The notes below the pieces were generated by a model. It did not search any database and was not told where the DNA came from. It was given only the letters and a program-made list of their open reading frames with translations. DNA of 64,000 nucleotides from Kordiimonas sp. (GTDB lineage Bacteria; Pseudomonadota; Alphaproteobacteria; Sphingomonadales; Kordiimonadaceae): the NCBI RefSeq assembly GCF_048260245.1, contig NZ_JBLXGZ010000011.1, positions 960-64,959 of the forward strand, read 5' to 3'. Each line of letters opens with the position of its first letter. The stretch's first letter is position 1. Below, piece after piece: positions 9,609 to 18,407 of this stretch. A program made the translations under genes and the position numbers.

Positions 9609-9611
9609 CCG

Positions 9612-9926
9612 ATGGCGAAACGTGTAACAGATCATGTCACCCGGTCCGGTCAGGTTACTGTCCACTTGAACGGAAAAGATGTCACGGCCTATGAGGGCGA
9701 AACGGTGGCGGCGGTTCTTATGCTGTCTGCCGGACGTGCAACGGGCGTAGATCCACTTGGCAAACCCCGGGCCCCATTCTGCAATATGGGGGTTTGCTAT
9801 GACTGTATGGTTGATATTGCCGCGAGCGGCGACGTTTCGCGTTCTCGCAAATTGCGCGCCTGCATGACGCCGGTTACGGACGGCATGGTCGTTGTCACAT
9901 CTGCGCCTGAGGTGAAGAAGCCCTGA
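9612..9926 (+). CDS. small (2Fe-2S)-binding subunit (HcnA/opine oxidase-associated type)
   Basis: 104 aa with a Cys cluster (PFCNMGVCYDCMVDI...LRACM). It sits between the two flavoprotein genes, 3 nt after the upstream stop. Confidence 0.7.
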   Translation: MAKRVTDHVTRSGQVTVHLNGKDVTAYEGETVAAVLMLSAGRATGVDPLGKPRAPFCNMGVCYDCMVDIAASGDVSRSRKLRACMTPVTDGMVVVTSAPEVKKP

Positions 9927-11398
9927 TGAATTCTGATGAGAGCAATATGACACGCGAAGTTTACGACGTAGCAATCATTGGTGCCGGGCCGGCTGGCCTT
10001 GCCGCAGCGTCTGAACTGGTCAGTGCTGGCGTGCACATTGTGGTTCTTGATGAGCAACAGCGTCCAGGCGGTCAGATATTGCGTCAGCCTCCGTCCGGCT
10101 TCAACGTCACGAACTGGCTCAAGGGACCATTATATAGTGGTCTGAAAAATCTGTTGTTTGACATGGAACAACACCCCGGGGTCGAGTGGCATTTTGCAAC
10201 GACCGTCAGCGGTATTACCCAGTCGGGACCAGAGTTATTCGAAGTTTGGCATCAAGGGCCGGAAGGGCTTGCAGGAATTCTGGCGCGCCGGGTTCTGGTG
10301 GCAACGGGCGCTTACGAGAGGCCGTTAGCTTTTCCGGGCTCAACAGTGCCCGGGGTCATGGGGGCTGGTGCCATTCAGACCCTGCTGAAAAGCCAGCAGG
10401 TACTCGGTGGCGACAGCTTTGTTTTCGCGGGCGCCCATCCTTTGCAGCTGGTTGTGGCCGAGCAGGTATTGGCAGCGGGTGGCCATATTGAAGCCGTTGT
10501 TTTTGCCCAGCCCTTTTCCCGCAGCCTTTCCATACTAAAGTCCCCATTTTTGCCTCTCATGCACGGGCGGACATTTATGGCGGCCCTGAAGTCTTTCCGT
10601 GCGCTGAGAAAAGCCGGTGTACCGGTGCTCTTCGGCCAGACTGTATCGAGAGCTTACGGTGTGGATGCCCTGGAGAGGATCGAGGTATGCCCGGTTACGC
10701 CTGATGGGAGGCTCAAATCAGAAGGGGCCCAGCATTTCACCGCTGATACTCTGGGCCTTTGCTACGGCTTTCAGGTGTCGTCTGAGTTGGCCAGACAAGT
10801 GGGAGCAGAGACCTTTTGGGGTGGTGACACCGCCGGGGGCTGGTTGGTTAGCCATGACCGCTGGGGTGAAACCAGTGTCGTCGGCCTTTTTGCGGCGGGC
10901 GAGACAACAGGCATGGCCGGGGCCGATGCGGGCGTGGCGGAAGGACACATTGCAGGCATTGGCCTGCTGCGGTCGCTGGGGAAACGGGATGACCGCGCAT
11001 GCAACGCGGATGCACGGGGCCACCGAAAGCGGCTGGGTCATTATCAGAGGTTTGCGACTTATCTGCGCAGCTTTTCAGAGCTGCCTGAGCATTTGGTGGC
11101 GGGCATGATGACGCCGGAGAGTTATATATGTCGGTGTGAAACGGTCAGTTGTGCAGAGCTCAGCACTGTGCTGCATGAGAATAAACATCTTGCAGACGCG
11201 GGCAGTATCAAACTACTGAGCCGGGTTGGGATGGGGCGGTGTCAGGGACGGCTTTGTTATGCAAATTTTGCTGATATGGTGCGCAGCGAAACCGGAAAGA
11301 CAGAGGCTGATATTGGTCCGTTTCAAGCCCGTTGGCCTGCAAAGCCACTGGTGATCGGTGATATACTGGCAGATGAGGAAAACCCCGGGAACAACTAA
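9926..11398 (+). CDS. FAD/NAD(P)-binding oxidoreductase with a BFD-like [2Fe-2S] domain (HcnB/opine oxidase A type alpha subunit)
   Basis: YDVAIIGAGPAGLAAA Rossmann motif. Cys pairs CRCETVSC and GRCQGRLC. The start overlaps the upstream stop (TGATG). Confidence 0.8.
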   Translation: MNSDESNMTREVYDVAIIGAGPAGLAAASELVSAGVHIVVLDEQQRPGGQILRQPPSGFNVTNWLKGPLYSGLKNLLFDMEQHPGVEWHFATTVSGITQSGPELFEVWHQGPEGLAGILARRVLVATGAYERPLAFPGSTVPGVMGAGAIQTLLKSQQVLGGDSFVFAGAHPLQLVVAEQVLAAGGHIEAVVFAQPFSRSLSILKSPFLPLMHGRTFMAALKSFRALRKAGVPVLFGQTVSRAYGVDALERIEVCPVTPDGRLKSEGAQHFTADTLGLCYGFQVSSELARQVGAETFWGGDTAGGWLVSHDRWGETSVVGLFAAGETTGMAGADAGVAEGHIAGIGLLRSLGKRDDRACNADARGHRKRLGHYQRFATYLRSFSELPEHLVAGMMTPESYICRCETVSCAELSTVLHENKHLADAGSIKLLSRVGMGRCQGRLCYANFADMVRSETGKTEADIGPFQARWPAKPLVIGDILADEENPGNN

Positions 11399-11416
11399 TC
11401 CCCGGGGTCCGTTTTA
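11383..11416. terminator. bidirectional hairpin terminator between convergent genes
   Basis: CCCCGGG (11383-11389) pairs with CCCGGGG (11401-11407). A T-run follows on the plus strand (TCCGTTTTA) and on the minus strand (TTTTCCTC). Confidence 0.45.
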
Positions 11417-11430
11417 TGATTGTCAGGTGT

Positions 11431-13290
11431 CTATTTTTCGGCTGAAGCGGCTTGCTTTTGTCTGACCCACGCCATGACCGACTCTTCCATCGATTTCAGC
11501 GAGATGCTGCCATGGCGAAGTGCCGCAAAATGGAACTCCCGGATGTCGAACTTTTCACCCAGCATCTTTCGGGCCTTTTCCCTGACCTCAATAATGCGGT
11601 TCATGCCGACCTTGAAGGCCGTAGCTTGGCCGGGTACGGCAAGATACCGGTCCACTGCACGATAATTTGCCTCGGGCGGGCTGGAGGTGTTTTCGTTCAG
11701 GTAGTCAACGGCCTGTTCACGGCTCCAGCGCTTGTAATGCAAACCACTATCTACTACGAGACGGCACGCACGCCATAGCTCGCCGGCTAAACGACCAAAG
11801 TCGGAATAGGGGTCTTTGTAGAAGCCAAGCTCCCGTGCATAGCTTTCCGCATAAAGCGCCCAGCCTTCTGTCAGGGCTGTATTGGACCACCAGATCTCAT
11901 AAGTCCGAATCTTAGGGATTTCGGGCAGGCTGTTGATCAGCGAATATTGCATGTGGTGGCCGGGGATGCCCTCATGAAACATAAGCGCTTCCATATCCAC
12001 CTTTGAGACGCCACTCATGTCGTAGAGATTCACGTAGATCGTGCCAGGGCGTTTTCCGTCTGCGCTGCCGCTTTCGTAGAAGGCGCCAGGGGAGGATTTT
12101 TCCCGGTATTCCTCAAAGCGTTTGATCACCAGATTGCTGGGCGGCCGATAAGGCAGGATTTCATCCATCCGCTGCGACATCCGTTCCAGCGTATCGCGCG
12201 CGGCCGCCAGATAGCCGTTTCTTCCTTCATCCGTGTTCTCAAAATAGAATTGTTTGTCTTCTTTAAGGAAAGTGAAGAATTCGTTGAGAGTGCCCTTAAA
12301 GCCAACTTTTGACATGATTTTGAGCATCTCGCCGTGGATGCGGTCAACTTCAGACAAGCCGAGTTGGTGCACTTCCTCAGGCGTCATGTCGGTCGTCGTA
12401 AACTGGCGGATCAGAAATTGATAAAACTTATCACCGCCCGGCAGGTTCCAGACGCCATAGTCGTCATCAGCAAGCGGTTTTTGTTCTTCCAGTGCTGTTA
12501 TCAGGTCGCGGTAAGCCGGGCCAAAGTCAGTTTTCAGCGCGGCTTCGGCATCTGAAATCAGTGTGGCTTTGTGGTCTGCAGGAATGTCAAGCAAGCCGAT
12601 CTTCCGTTTGAAATCGGAAAACACCACATTGTCCATGCTGCTTTCCGCGTCGAACGGTCTGCCGCTGATGGATTGTTCCGCTCCGCCGATCAGACGCGGA
12701 ATAAGATGCTTGGGCAGATAAATGCCCTTGTCCTGACGAAGTTTGATCTGGTCGATGAGTTGGTCGATTGGCGTGGCGACAGTTTTTACGCGGTTGATAT
12801 AAGCCTGAGCATCTTCAACGCTGCCGATGCCGTGGTAGTTGACCAGCGTGCCAACGATCAATACATGCAACCCGACAATCTGGTTCAACGGATAGAGGTT
12901 GTCACGCCAGCCGTGGCGTTCGATCCGCAGTTTCAGCTCTTCTTCGAGGACGCGGTAGTTGAACTGTCCGTCGGCATCAAGGCTGTCATAATCGAAATCT
13001 GTATGGAGCTTTTGCAGGGACTGCCAAAGAAACGCTAGGTCCGCGTTTTTGGCGTCTACCGATATGTCGTCCCACTCGGCATGGATGCCGGGTTCACCCT
13101 GTTGGCTTTGCAGCATAGGGCTAACAGCCAGATTTTGCTGGTATATTTCTCCTAAGAAACTTAGGAGCCGCTCGGATTCTGCTTGTACAGATATGTCTGC
13201 GGTGGCCTGGTCTGGTGCTGCGATTACCTGTGGTGGCTGAAGGCCACCAAGAAAGGCAGCTGTGCTCAGCAGAAGCAGGTGCTTTTTCAT
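11431..13290 (-). CDS. secreted DUF885 family protein (putative metallopeptidase-like)
   Basis: 619 aa. Signal peptide MKKHLLLLSTAAFLGGLQPPQVIAAP. The HEGIPGHHMQ motif is characteristic of DUF885. Confidence 0.8.
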   Translation of the reverse strand: MKKHLLLLSTAAFLGGLQPPQVIAAPDQATADISVQAESERLLSFLGEIYQQNLAVSPMLQSQQGEPGIHAEWDDISVDAKNADLAFLWQSLQKLHTDFDYDSLDADGQFNYRVLEEELKLRIERHGWRDNLYPLNQIVGLHVLIVGTLVNYHGIGSVEDAQAYINRVKTVATPIDQLIDQIKLRQDKGIYLPKHLIPRLIGGAEQSISGRPFDAESSMDNVVFSDFKRKIGLLDIPADHKATLISDAEAALKTDFGPAYRDLITALEEQKPLADDDYGVWNLPGGDKFYQFLIRQFTTTDMTPEEVHQLGLSEVDRIHGEMLKIMSKVGFKGTLNEFFTFLKEDKQFYFENTDEGRNGYLAAARDTLERMSQRMDEILPYRPPSNLVIKRFEEYREKSSPGAFYESGSADGKRPGTIYVNLYDMSGVSKVDMEALMFHEGIPGHHMQYSLINSLPEIPKIRTYEIWWSNTALTEGWALYAESYARELGFYKDPYSDFGRLAGELWRACRLVVDSGLHYKRWSREQAVDYLNENTSSPPEANYRAVDRYLAVPGQATAFKVGMNRIIEVREKARKMLGEKFDIREFHFAALRHGSISLKSMEESVMAWVRQKQAASAEK

Positions 13291-13315
13291 TCCAAATCCT
13301 TTCCGGTTAAGAAAG

Positions 13316-13342
13316 AGCCACCGGCCCTTAAGGCCGGTGGCT
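13316..13342 (-). promoter_or_regulatory. intercistronic GC hairpin (attenuator or partial terminator) between the TonB-dependent receptor and DUF885 genes
   Basis: AGCCACCGGCC (13316-13326) pairs perfectly with GGCCGGTGGCT (13332-13342) around a 5-nt loop. On the minus strand it is followed by CTTTCTT. Confidence 0.6.
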
Positions 13343-13376
13343 GTATCGTGCCGACTAAATCTCTATAGCAGAGATA

Positions 13377-15635
13377 TTAGTTGGTTTTGAAGGACAGTCG
13401 GATACCGACGGTCCGTACTGATGGCTCGACAAACAGGCCGCCGACAAAGGCCTTTTGGTATGCATTGGTGTAATAGTTGTTGTCGAAGACGTTCTCGACG
13501 TAGGCGACAATGCTGTACTGATCGTTGCCCATGCCAACACGGACGTTGGTGCTGTTATAGTCCGGCACTTCGTATGGGAAACCCGACTTGATCAGATAGT
13601 CTTTGTTCGAAACGGTGTCACCACGGTAGAACCACTCAGCGCGGATGTAGCCTTCATAGTCGCCCACAACCGGGAAGGTATACTCTGCATCACCGCTCAG
13701 TGTCCATTTGGGTGAGTTCGGGATGGTGTAACCGTCCAGCGTGTAGTTCTGACCTTCAATGTAAGAAACGAAGTTCTCGTATTTGGCGTTGAGGTAACCG
13801 ATGGACGCACCCATGGTCAGGTTCTCGGTTACGAGGCCGGTGAACTCGGCTTCGACACCATAGCTGCGAGCTGAATCGGCGTTTTCAATGCCGGTGACAA
13901 AGGCAATGTCCCCGTTCTCATTGATGATGCCATCCTGGAATTCAGTCTGCAGGTCTTTCCACTTCATATAGAAGGCAGCAATATTCATCCGCAGGCGACG
14001 GTCCAGCAATTCTGACTTCAGGCCCGCTTCAAAGTTCCAGAGTGTTTCAGGATCGTAGGTTTTATCCGGCAGCAATTGATTGGTTTGCACGCCACCTGAC
14101 TTGAAGGCTTTGGATACGGTCGCATAAGCTGTTGTATTGTCATTGATGCTATAGCCAACAGAAACCTTGGGTGAGATGTCTGAGAAAGAGGCTGTTTCAT
14201 CCACAGAGTCAGAGATGATGCCGCCGGACACATTCACTTGAACACTGTCGATTTTCTCATGTGTCCAGCGCAGGCCGCCTGTTACAGAAAGACGGTCTGT
14301 CAGGTGATAGGTTGCTTCACCAAACACGGCCACACTGGTTGTTTTGCCGTTGGTCTGGGTCTCGGTTACAGTGGTGCCTTCAGGAAGACCGAATGCGTTT
14401 TCGGCTCCGGCATAGGTATATTGCTCAACATTTCCCTTGTCGCGTGCCAGCAAACCGCCGATCACCCATTCGAGGTCAGAAGAACCGGTGGACTGCAAAC
14501 GCAACTCCTGGCTCAGCGACGTGCGGTACAGGTCCTTGGTTTCATACCAGCCATCAACGCTGCCGCCATCGATATCGCCGGCGAGGAAGCCTTTGGAATC
14601 CATGTAGCCGGTGATACTGGTCAGGGTTATTTCGTCGAAGTCGTAGGCGACTTTACCGGTCGTGTACCAGAAGTGGGTACCAACCTCCTGCGGGCGGTTG
14701 AAGTTTACCTTGTCGCGGTTTTCAGGATAGAAGCCCACCCCATCCGGATCTGGTTGACCGTTCAGGTAACCAAAGAGGGTGTTGCCTGCAAACTCGGAAA
14801 AGACACCGGACGGCACGCCTTCGCGCATGCCGGAGACCTCGTCTGTGACACTGACATTTACGTCCACAGTCAGTCTATCGGTTGGAGTGTAACGAATCGC
14901 AGTACGGCCGTTGATATATTCAGAGTCGTTACCACCGCCAATAGGATTGATATTCTCAATGTTACCGTCCGTTTTGGTCCACTTCATGTTGCCACGAATA
15001 GCCAATACGTCTTGTACGATCGGTACGTTGATGATGGCTTCAACGTCTTTCGTATCGAAACTGGAGTAACCGATTTTCGCCTGTGCGAAGAGATCATTGT
15101 CAGGCTTCTTGGTGGTGACGTTGATGGCCCCACCAACGGCATTCCGCCCAAAATAGGTGCCTTGCGGCCCCCGCAGGACCTCAATTCGTTCGATGTCCAT
15201 CATTGGCGGGTTTACAGAGCCGCCACCAACGCTGAAATCGTCAAGATAGAAAGCTACAGTGCTTGGACGAACATCCTGATCAACGCTGAGAAAGTTCGTG
15301 ATACCCCGGATGCTGATAGATTTCCGGTCACGGCCACCACTCGAGATGAAGCTGACGTTTGGCGTGCGCGACAGGTAGTCGTCTACACCCTGAAAGTTGT
15401 TCCGTTCAATGGCGGTCGATGTGAAAGCAGATACGCTGACAGGCACGTCCTGCAGGCTTTGCTCACGGCGCTGAGCCGTTACGGTGATTTCCTCCAGAGA
15501 AAATTCTGTCTTGGGCTCAGCAGACTGAGCGTAAACAGAAGGTGCAATCAGAGATAACCCCAGCGCTGTGGTCGCGAGCAGGGTGTGGCTTTTGCTGGAT
15601 GCGGCCGCCGTGATTGAGCGTGAAGTCTTACTCAT
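13377..15635 (-). CDS. TonB-dependent receptor
   Basis: 752 aa. Signal peptide; plug region EEITVTAQRREQSLQDVPVSVSAF...RIEVLRGPQGTYFGRNAVGGAINV; long beta-barrel with alternating aromatic residues. Confidence 0.9.
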   Translation of the reverse strand: MSKTSRSITAAASSKSHTLLATTALGLSLIAPSVYAQSAEPKTEFSLEEITVTAQRREQSLQDVPVSVSAFTSTAIERNNFQGVDDYLSRTPNVSFISSGGRDRKSISIRGITNFLSVDQDVRPSTVAFYLDDFSVGGGSVNPPMMDIERIEVLRGPQGTYFGRNAVGGAINVTTKKPDNDLFAQAKIGYSSFDTKDVEAIINVPIVQDVLAIRGNMKWTKTDGNIENINPIGGGNDSEYINGRTAIRYTPTDRLTVDVNVSVTDEVSGMREGVPSGVFSEFAGNTLFGYLNGQPDPDGVGFYPENRDKVNFNRPQEVGTHFWYTTGKVAYDFDEITLTSITGYMDSKGFLAGDIDGGSVDGWYETKDLYRTSLSQELRLQSTGSSDLEWVIGGLLARDKGNVEQYTYAGAENAFGLPEGTTVTETQTNGKTTSVAVFGEATYHLTDRLSVTGGLRWTHEKIDSVQVNVSGGIISDSVDETASFSDISPKVSVGYSINDNTTAYATVSKAFKSGGVQTNQLLPDKTYDPETLWNFEAGLKSELLDRRLRMNIAAFYMKWKDLQTEFQDGIINENGDIAFVTGIENADSARSYGVEAEFTGLVTENLTMGASIGYLNAKYENFVSYIEGQNYTLDGYTIPNSPKWTLSGDAEYTFPVVGDYEGYIRAEWFYRGDTVSNKDYLIKSGFPYEVPDYNSTNVRVGMGNDQYSIVAYVENVFDNNYYTNAYQKAFVGGLFVEPSVRTVGIRLSFKTN

Positions 15636-15693
15636 CGTTTCCTCTCTTTCATCCTATTCGGATCGTATTGGTTTTGTTGTTGGTGCCGGTAAG

Positions 15694-16173
15694 CTATTTC
15701 TCGGCGCGTTCGCGAAGGCTGAGCTCCCGCGCGGCGTCTTCGTTCATATTGACGAAGTTTATTTTTGAGATTTTCCCATCACGTACCACCACATAGCCCA
15801 TGACATAACCGGTGCTGTCCTGACCTTGGTGGTGCACAAGTTCCTTGTGGTAAGTGAAGATACGATCTCCCTGGCGGAAGCTTTCGATAGGCGGCATTTT
15901 TATAATGACGCTCTCGACCGAACCCTGAATTCGGTTGAAGTTGCGGGATAGCTCTTTCAGGCCGGTTGCTCTAACCGAACCATCAATGATCATGACCGCA
16001 TCGTCAGTGAAATGTTTGCCAAAAGCTTCCGGGGTGAAACTGCCTTCAATTTTGAAGGCTTCATTCCACCAGTTGAACATTTCAACCATAATATTTGAAG
16101 AAGACTGATTGGCCGTCGCGGGAGTTGCATACAGTAACGCTGAGACGAAAACTAAAGAAAAAAACTTTCTCAT
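15694..16173 (-). CDS. secreted NTF2/SnoaL-fold protein, paralogue of 1774-2271
   Basis: 159 aa. Signal peptide MRKFFSLVFVSALLYATPATA. Roughly half of the aligned residues are identical to the 1774-2271 product by eye. It is the first gene of the receptor/DUF885 operon. Confidence 0.65.
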   Translation of the reverse strand: MRKFFSLVFVSALLYATPATANQSSSNIMVEMFNWWNEAFKIEGSFTPEAFGKHFTDDAVMIIDGSVRATGLKELSRNFNRIQGSVESVIIKMPPIESFRQGDRIFTYHKELVHHQGQDSTGYVMGYVVVRDGKISKINFVNMNEDAARELSLRERAEK

Positions 16174-16224
16174 ATCAAAACCCCTAACGGCTTAATAAAT
16201 AGTCGGAGAAAACTATCTATATTT

Positions 16225-16239
16225 CCTCAAATATTGAGG
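16225..16239. promoter_or_regulatory. short inverted repeat CCTCAA-ATA-TTGAGG upstream of the NTF2/receptor operon
   Basis: 6-bp perfect arms, located about 50-65 nt upstream of the start at 16173. It is short and sits in AT-rich DNA, so it may be chance. Confidence 0.25.
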
Positions 16240-16650
16240 TTGTATTTAAACACGTCGGCAATCTGTCGACTTTTAGGGATATTGCGCGAGCTGTTGTCAG
16301 AGAGATTTAGAATATCTGACTTTATCAACTCAATCACAAACCCCCCGGTTGCCTGTTATGGTACGAATGAGTTGCTAATTGTTTCAATAACATTGCGTAG
16401 CGATTAATGTTGTCTTTTGCGCACTCTGCGGCTGACAGGCTGACGCTAAATGCTGCTTTTCTTGGGTGGTGCCATTCGGCAAGGTCAGGACGCAAGCGGC
16501 AGCCCCCAACGGCGGCGTGCTGTGCCGCTAGTGTGCATTGAATTCGCTGTAGTGGGCCCCGGATCTTCTTCAGTATGCGTGGCGTAGAAGCAGAACGCCT
16601 CGCGGCCAGACAACCTGACGCAGAAAAGTTAAGATGAAGGCAGGGGGTTG

Positions 16651-17646
16651 TTATTTGGTCCGGCTGAATACGGGGCGCTTGGCCGCGCGGGTGTACTCGT
16701 AAGCGAGGCGCTGAACAATGGCGGCGGCCGGTTCAATCTTGTGAACGTTGCCAACGCCGTGTCCGGCGGACCAAACGTCGCGCCATGCTTTGATCTTGCC
16801 CTGAGAGTCAGCAAAGTCTGGGCCATCCTTGTGGCCGGGATTATCCGGGTTTATACCCATGCGTTTAAGACTGGCCTTAAGATAATATGCTTCAGCGCCA
16901 GACAGCGCGCTTGTGAGGATGAGGTCTTCAAACTCTGCGGCGAGCAACATTGATTTATAGTCTTCTCCGGCCATGCTTTCTTCCGCCGCGATAAAGCCGG
17001 TGCCCACATAGGCGAGGTCGGCACCAAGTATTTCCGCGGCACGTACGGCCTCTCCGTTTGATATGCTGCCTCCAAGGATAAGGGGCCCGTCAAAAAAGGC
17101 GCGGACGGCCGTCACGAAAGCGAAGGCTGACATGGCTCCCGTGTGGCCTCCAGCGCCAGCTGAGACAAGCACAAGCCCGTCAGCGCCAGCCTGCAGTGCT
17201 TTCTTCGCATAAGGCACGTTATTAACGTCAGCAAACACAAGCCCGCCATAGGCGTGCACCACATCGGTTATAGCGCCAGGGCTGCCGAGCGCGGTAATGA
17301 CGACAGGCGGTTGGTATTTTTTCACAAGCTCTAGCTCAGCCTTCAGCCGGTCATAGGAGCGATGCGCAACCATATTAGCCGCGAAAGGCCCGATGGGAGC
17401 GTCTGGTTCGGATTCAAGCCAACGAGAGCGTGTCTGGGTGATCGTACTCAGCCATTCATCCAGGTCGTCGATTGTGCGGGCGTTCGGGAAAGGAAGGCTT
17501 GCCATAACCCCTGCGCGCATGGCCGCTAACACAAGGTCCGGGCCGGAGACCAGAAACATCGGCGCGGCGACGACGGGTAATAGCATATTTGTCGTCAAGT
17601 GATTAAAGCGATCACGTACTGGTTGGCTGGAAGCGTTCAGGCGCAT
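16651..17646 (-). CDS. nitronate monooxygenase (NMO/2-nitropropane dioxygenase) family FMN oxidoreductase
   Basis: 331 aa. LPVVAAPMFLVSGPDLV and GGSISNGEAVRAAEILGADLAYVGTGFIAAEES are typical of the family. Confidence 0.85.
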   Translation of the reverse strand: MRLNASSQPVRDRFNHLTTNMLLPVVAAPMFLVSGPDLVLAAMRAGVMASLPFPNARTIDDLDEWLSTITQTRSRWLESEPDAPIGPFAANMVAHRSYDRLKAELELVKKYQPPVVITALGSPGAITDVVHAYGGLVFADVNNVPYAKKALQAGADGLVLVSAGAGGHTGAMSAFAFVTAVRAFFDGPLILGGSISNGEAVRAAEILGADLAYVGTGFIAAEESMAGEDYKSMLLAAEFEDLILTSALSGAEAYYLKASLKRMGINPDNPGHKDGPDFADSQGKIKAWRDVWSAGHGVGNVHKIEPAAAIVQRLAYEYTRAAKRPVFSRTK

Positions 17647-17664
17647 TGTGTTCTCACGATTCTA

Positions 17665-17683
17665 TGACTTTCATAAAAATACC
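17665..17683 (+). promoter_or_regulatory. island motif copy a: TGACTTTCATAAAAATACC
   Basis: Matches the 19-bp consensus TTACTTKCATAAARATACC. It lies in the NMO/HCCA-isomerase divergent gap. Confidence 0.6.
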
Positions 17684-17733
17684 TATATTAGGCATAGCCG
17701 GAGCATCTCTGTTTGGCAATCGCTGTTCACATG

Positions 17734-17752
17734 TTACTTGCAAAATAATACC
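17734..17752 (+). promoter_or_regulatory. island motif copy b: TTACTTGCAAAATAATACC
   Basis: Second copy in the same gap, 45-63 nt upstream of ATG 17797. Confidence 0.6.
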
Positions 17753-17796
17753 AATACTCTATCTTACCAGGCAGGTTGCTGTTTTGGGAGGAAGGC

Positions 17797-18390
17797 ATGC
17801 GTTCGGAACTGATTTTTTATTTCGATTTTTCGTCGGCCTATTCATATATCGCCCAAGCTCGGATCGACGCGGTGTTTGCCGATGTTGATGCAGATATCCG
17901 CTGGCGGCCAATCTTGTTGGGAGCAATTTTCCGAGAAAACGGCTGGGTGCCGGTAAGCCCTGGCTCCCCCAAGGGTGACTATACTTTCCGTGATGTGGAA
18001 CGGACTGCACGGCTCGCGGGTCTTGAATTCGGTTGGCCGAAGATTTTTCCGTTTAACGGCATGCTGGCCGCTCGGCTGTTTTATGCTCTGGATAGCGTGG
18101 ATGCTGTGGCTTTTGCGCGGGCGGTGTTCCACGCGGCTTATGTATCTGGCCAGGATGTCACAAACCCGGCCGTGCTGGAGGGGCTGGTGGGCGATCTTGG
18201 TCTTGATTGTGCCGCGGTGACGGCACGTAGCGAGCTTGAGGAGGTGAAAGCCCGGCTCAGGGATGAAACGACGGCTGCGATGAAGGCAGGTGTTTTTGGT
18301 GCACCGAGTTTTGTTGTGAACGGGGAGGTCTTCTGGGGGGCCGACAGGATGACGGATGCCCGGGATTGGGCCGCAAGCGGCGGCTGGTAG
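17797..18390 (+). CDS. 2-hydroxychromene-2-carboxylate isomerase family protein (DsbA-like/GST-kappa fold)
   Basis: I moved the start to ATG 17797 after GGGAGGAAGG. LIFYFDFSSAYSY and VFGAPSFVVNGEVFWGADRM are hallmark blocks of the family. Confidence 0.85.
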   Translation: MRSELIFYFDFSSAYSYIAQARIDAVFADVDADIRWRPILLGAIFRENGWVPVSPGSPKGDYTFRDVERTARLAGLEFGWPKIFPFNGMLAARLFYALDSVDAVAFARAVFHAAYVSGQDVTNPAVLEGLVGDLGLDCAAVTARSELEEVKARLRDETTAAMKAGVFGAPSFVVNGEVFWGADRMTDARDWAASGGW

Positions 18391-18407
18391 CGAACGGAGA
18401 CATGTAA

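Noticed and set aside
14238-15557. 439-aa plus-strand ORF inside the TonB-dependent receptor gene. The same applies to 32965-33624 (+) inside the second receptor and 12571-13038 (+) inside DUF885.
   Set aside because: These are in-register antisense frames of genes with unmistakable TBDR or DUF885 signatures. This is a codon-usage artefact, and there are no RBS or family features.
16350-16648. Stop-free minus-strand frame of about 100 codons in the GC-rich half of the 16.2-16.65 kb gap, considered as a missed gene.
   Set aside because: It has no ATG/GTG start giving 60 aa or more and no RBS. The translated sequence (for example RRSASTPRILKKIRGPLQRIQCTLAAQHAAVGGCRLRPD) has no recognisable fold signature. 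It is kept only as a possible remnant in the findings.
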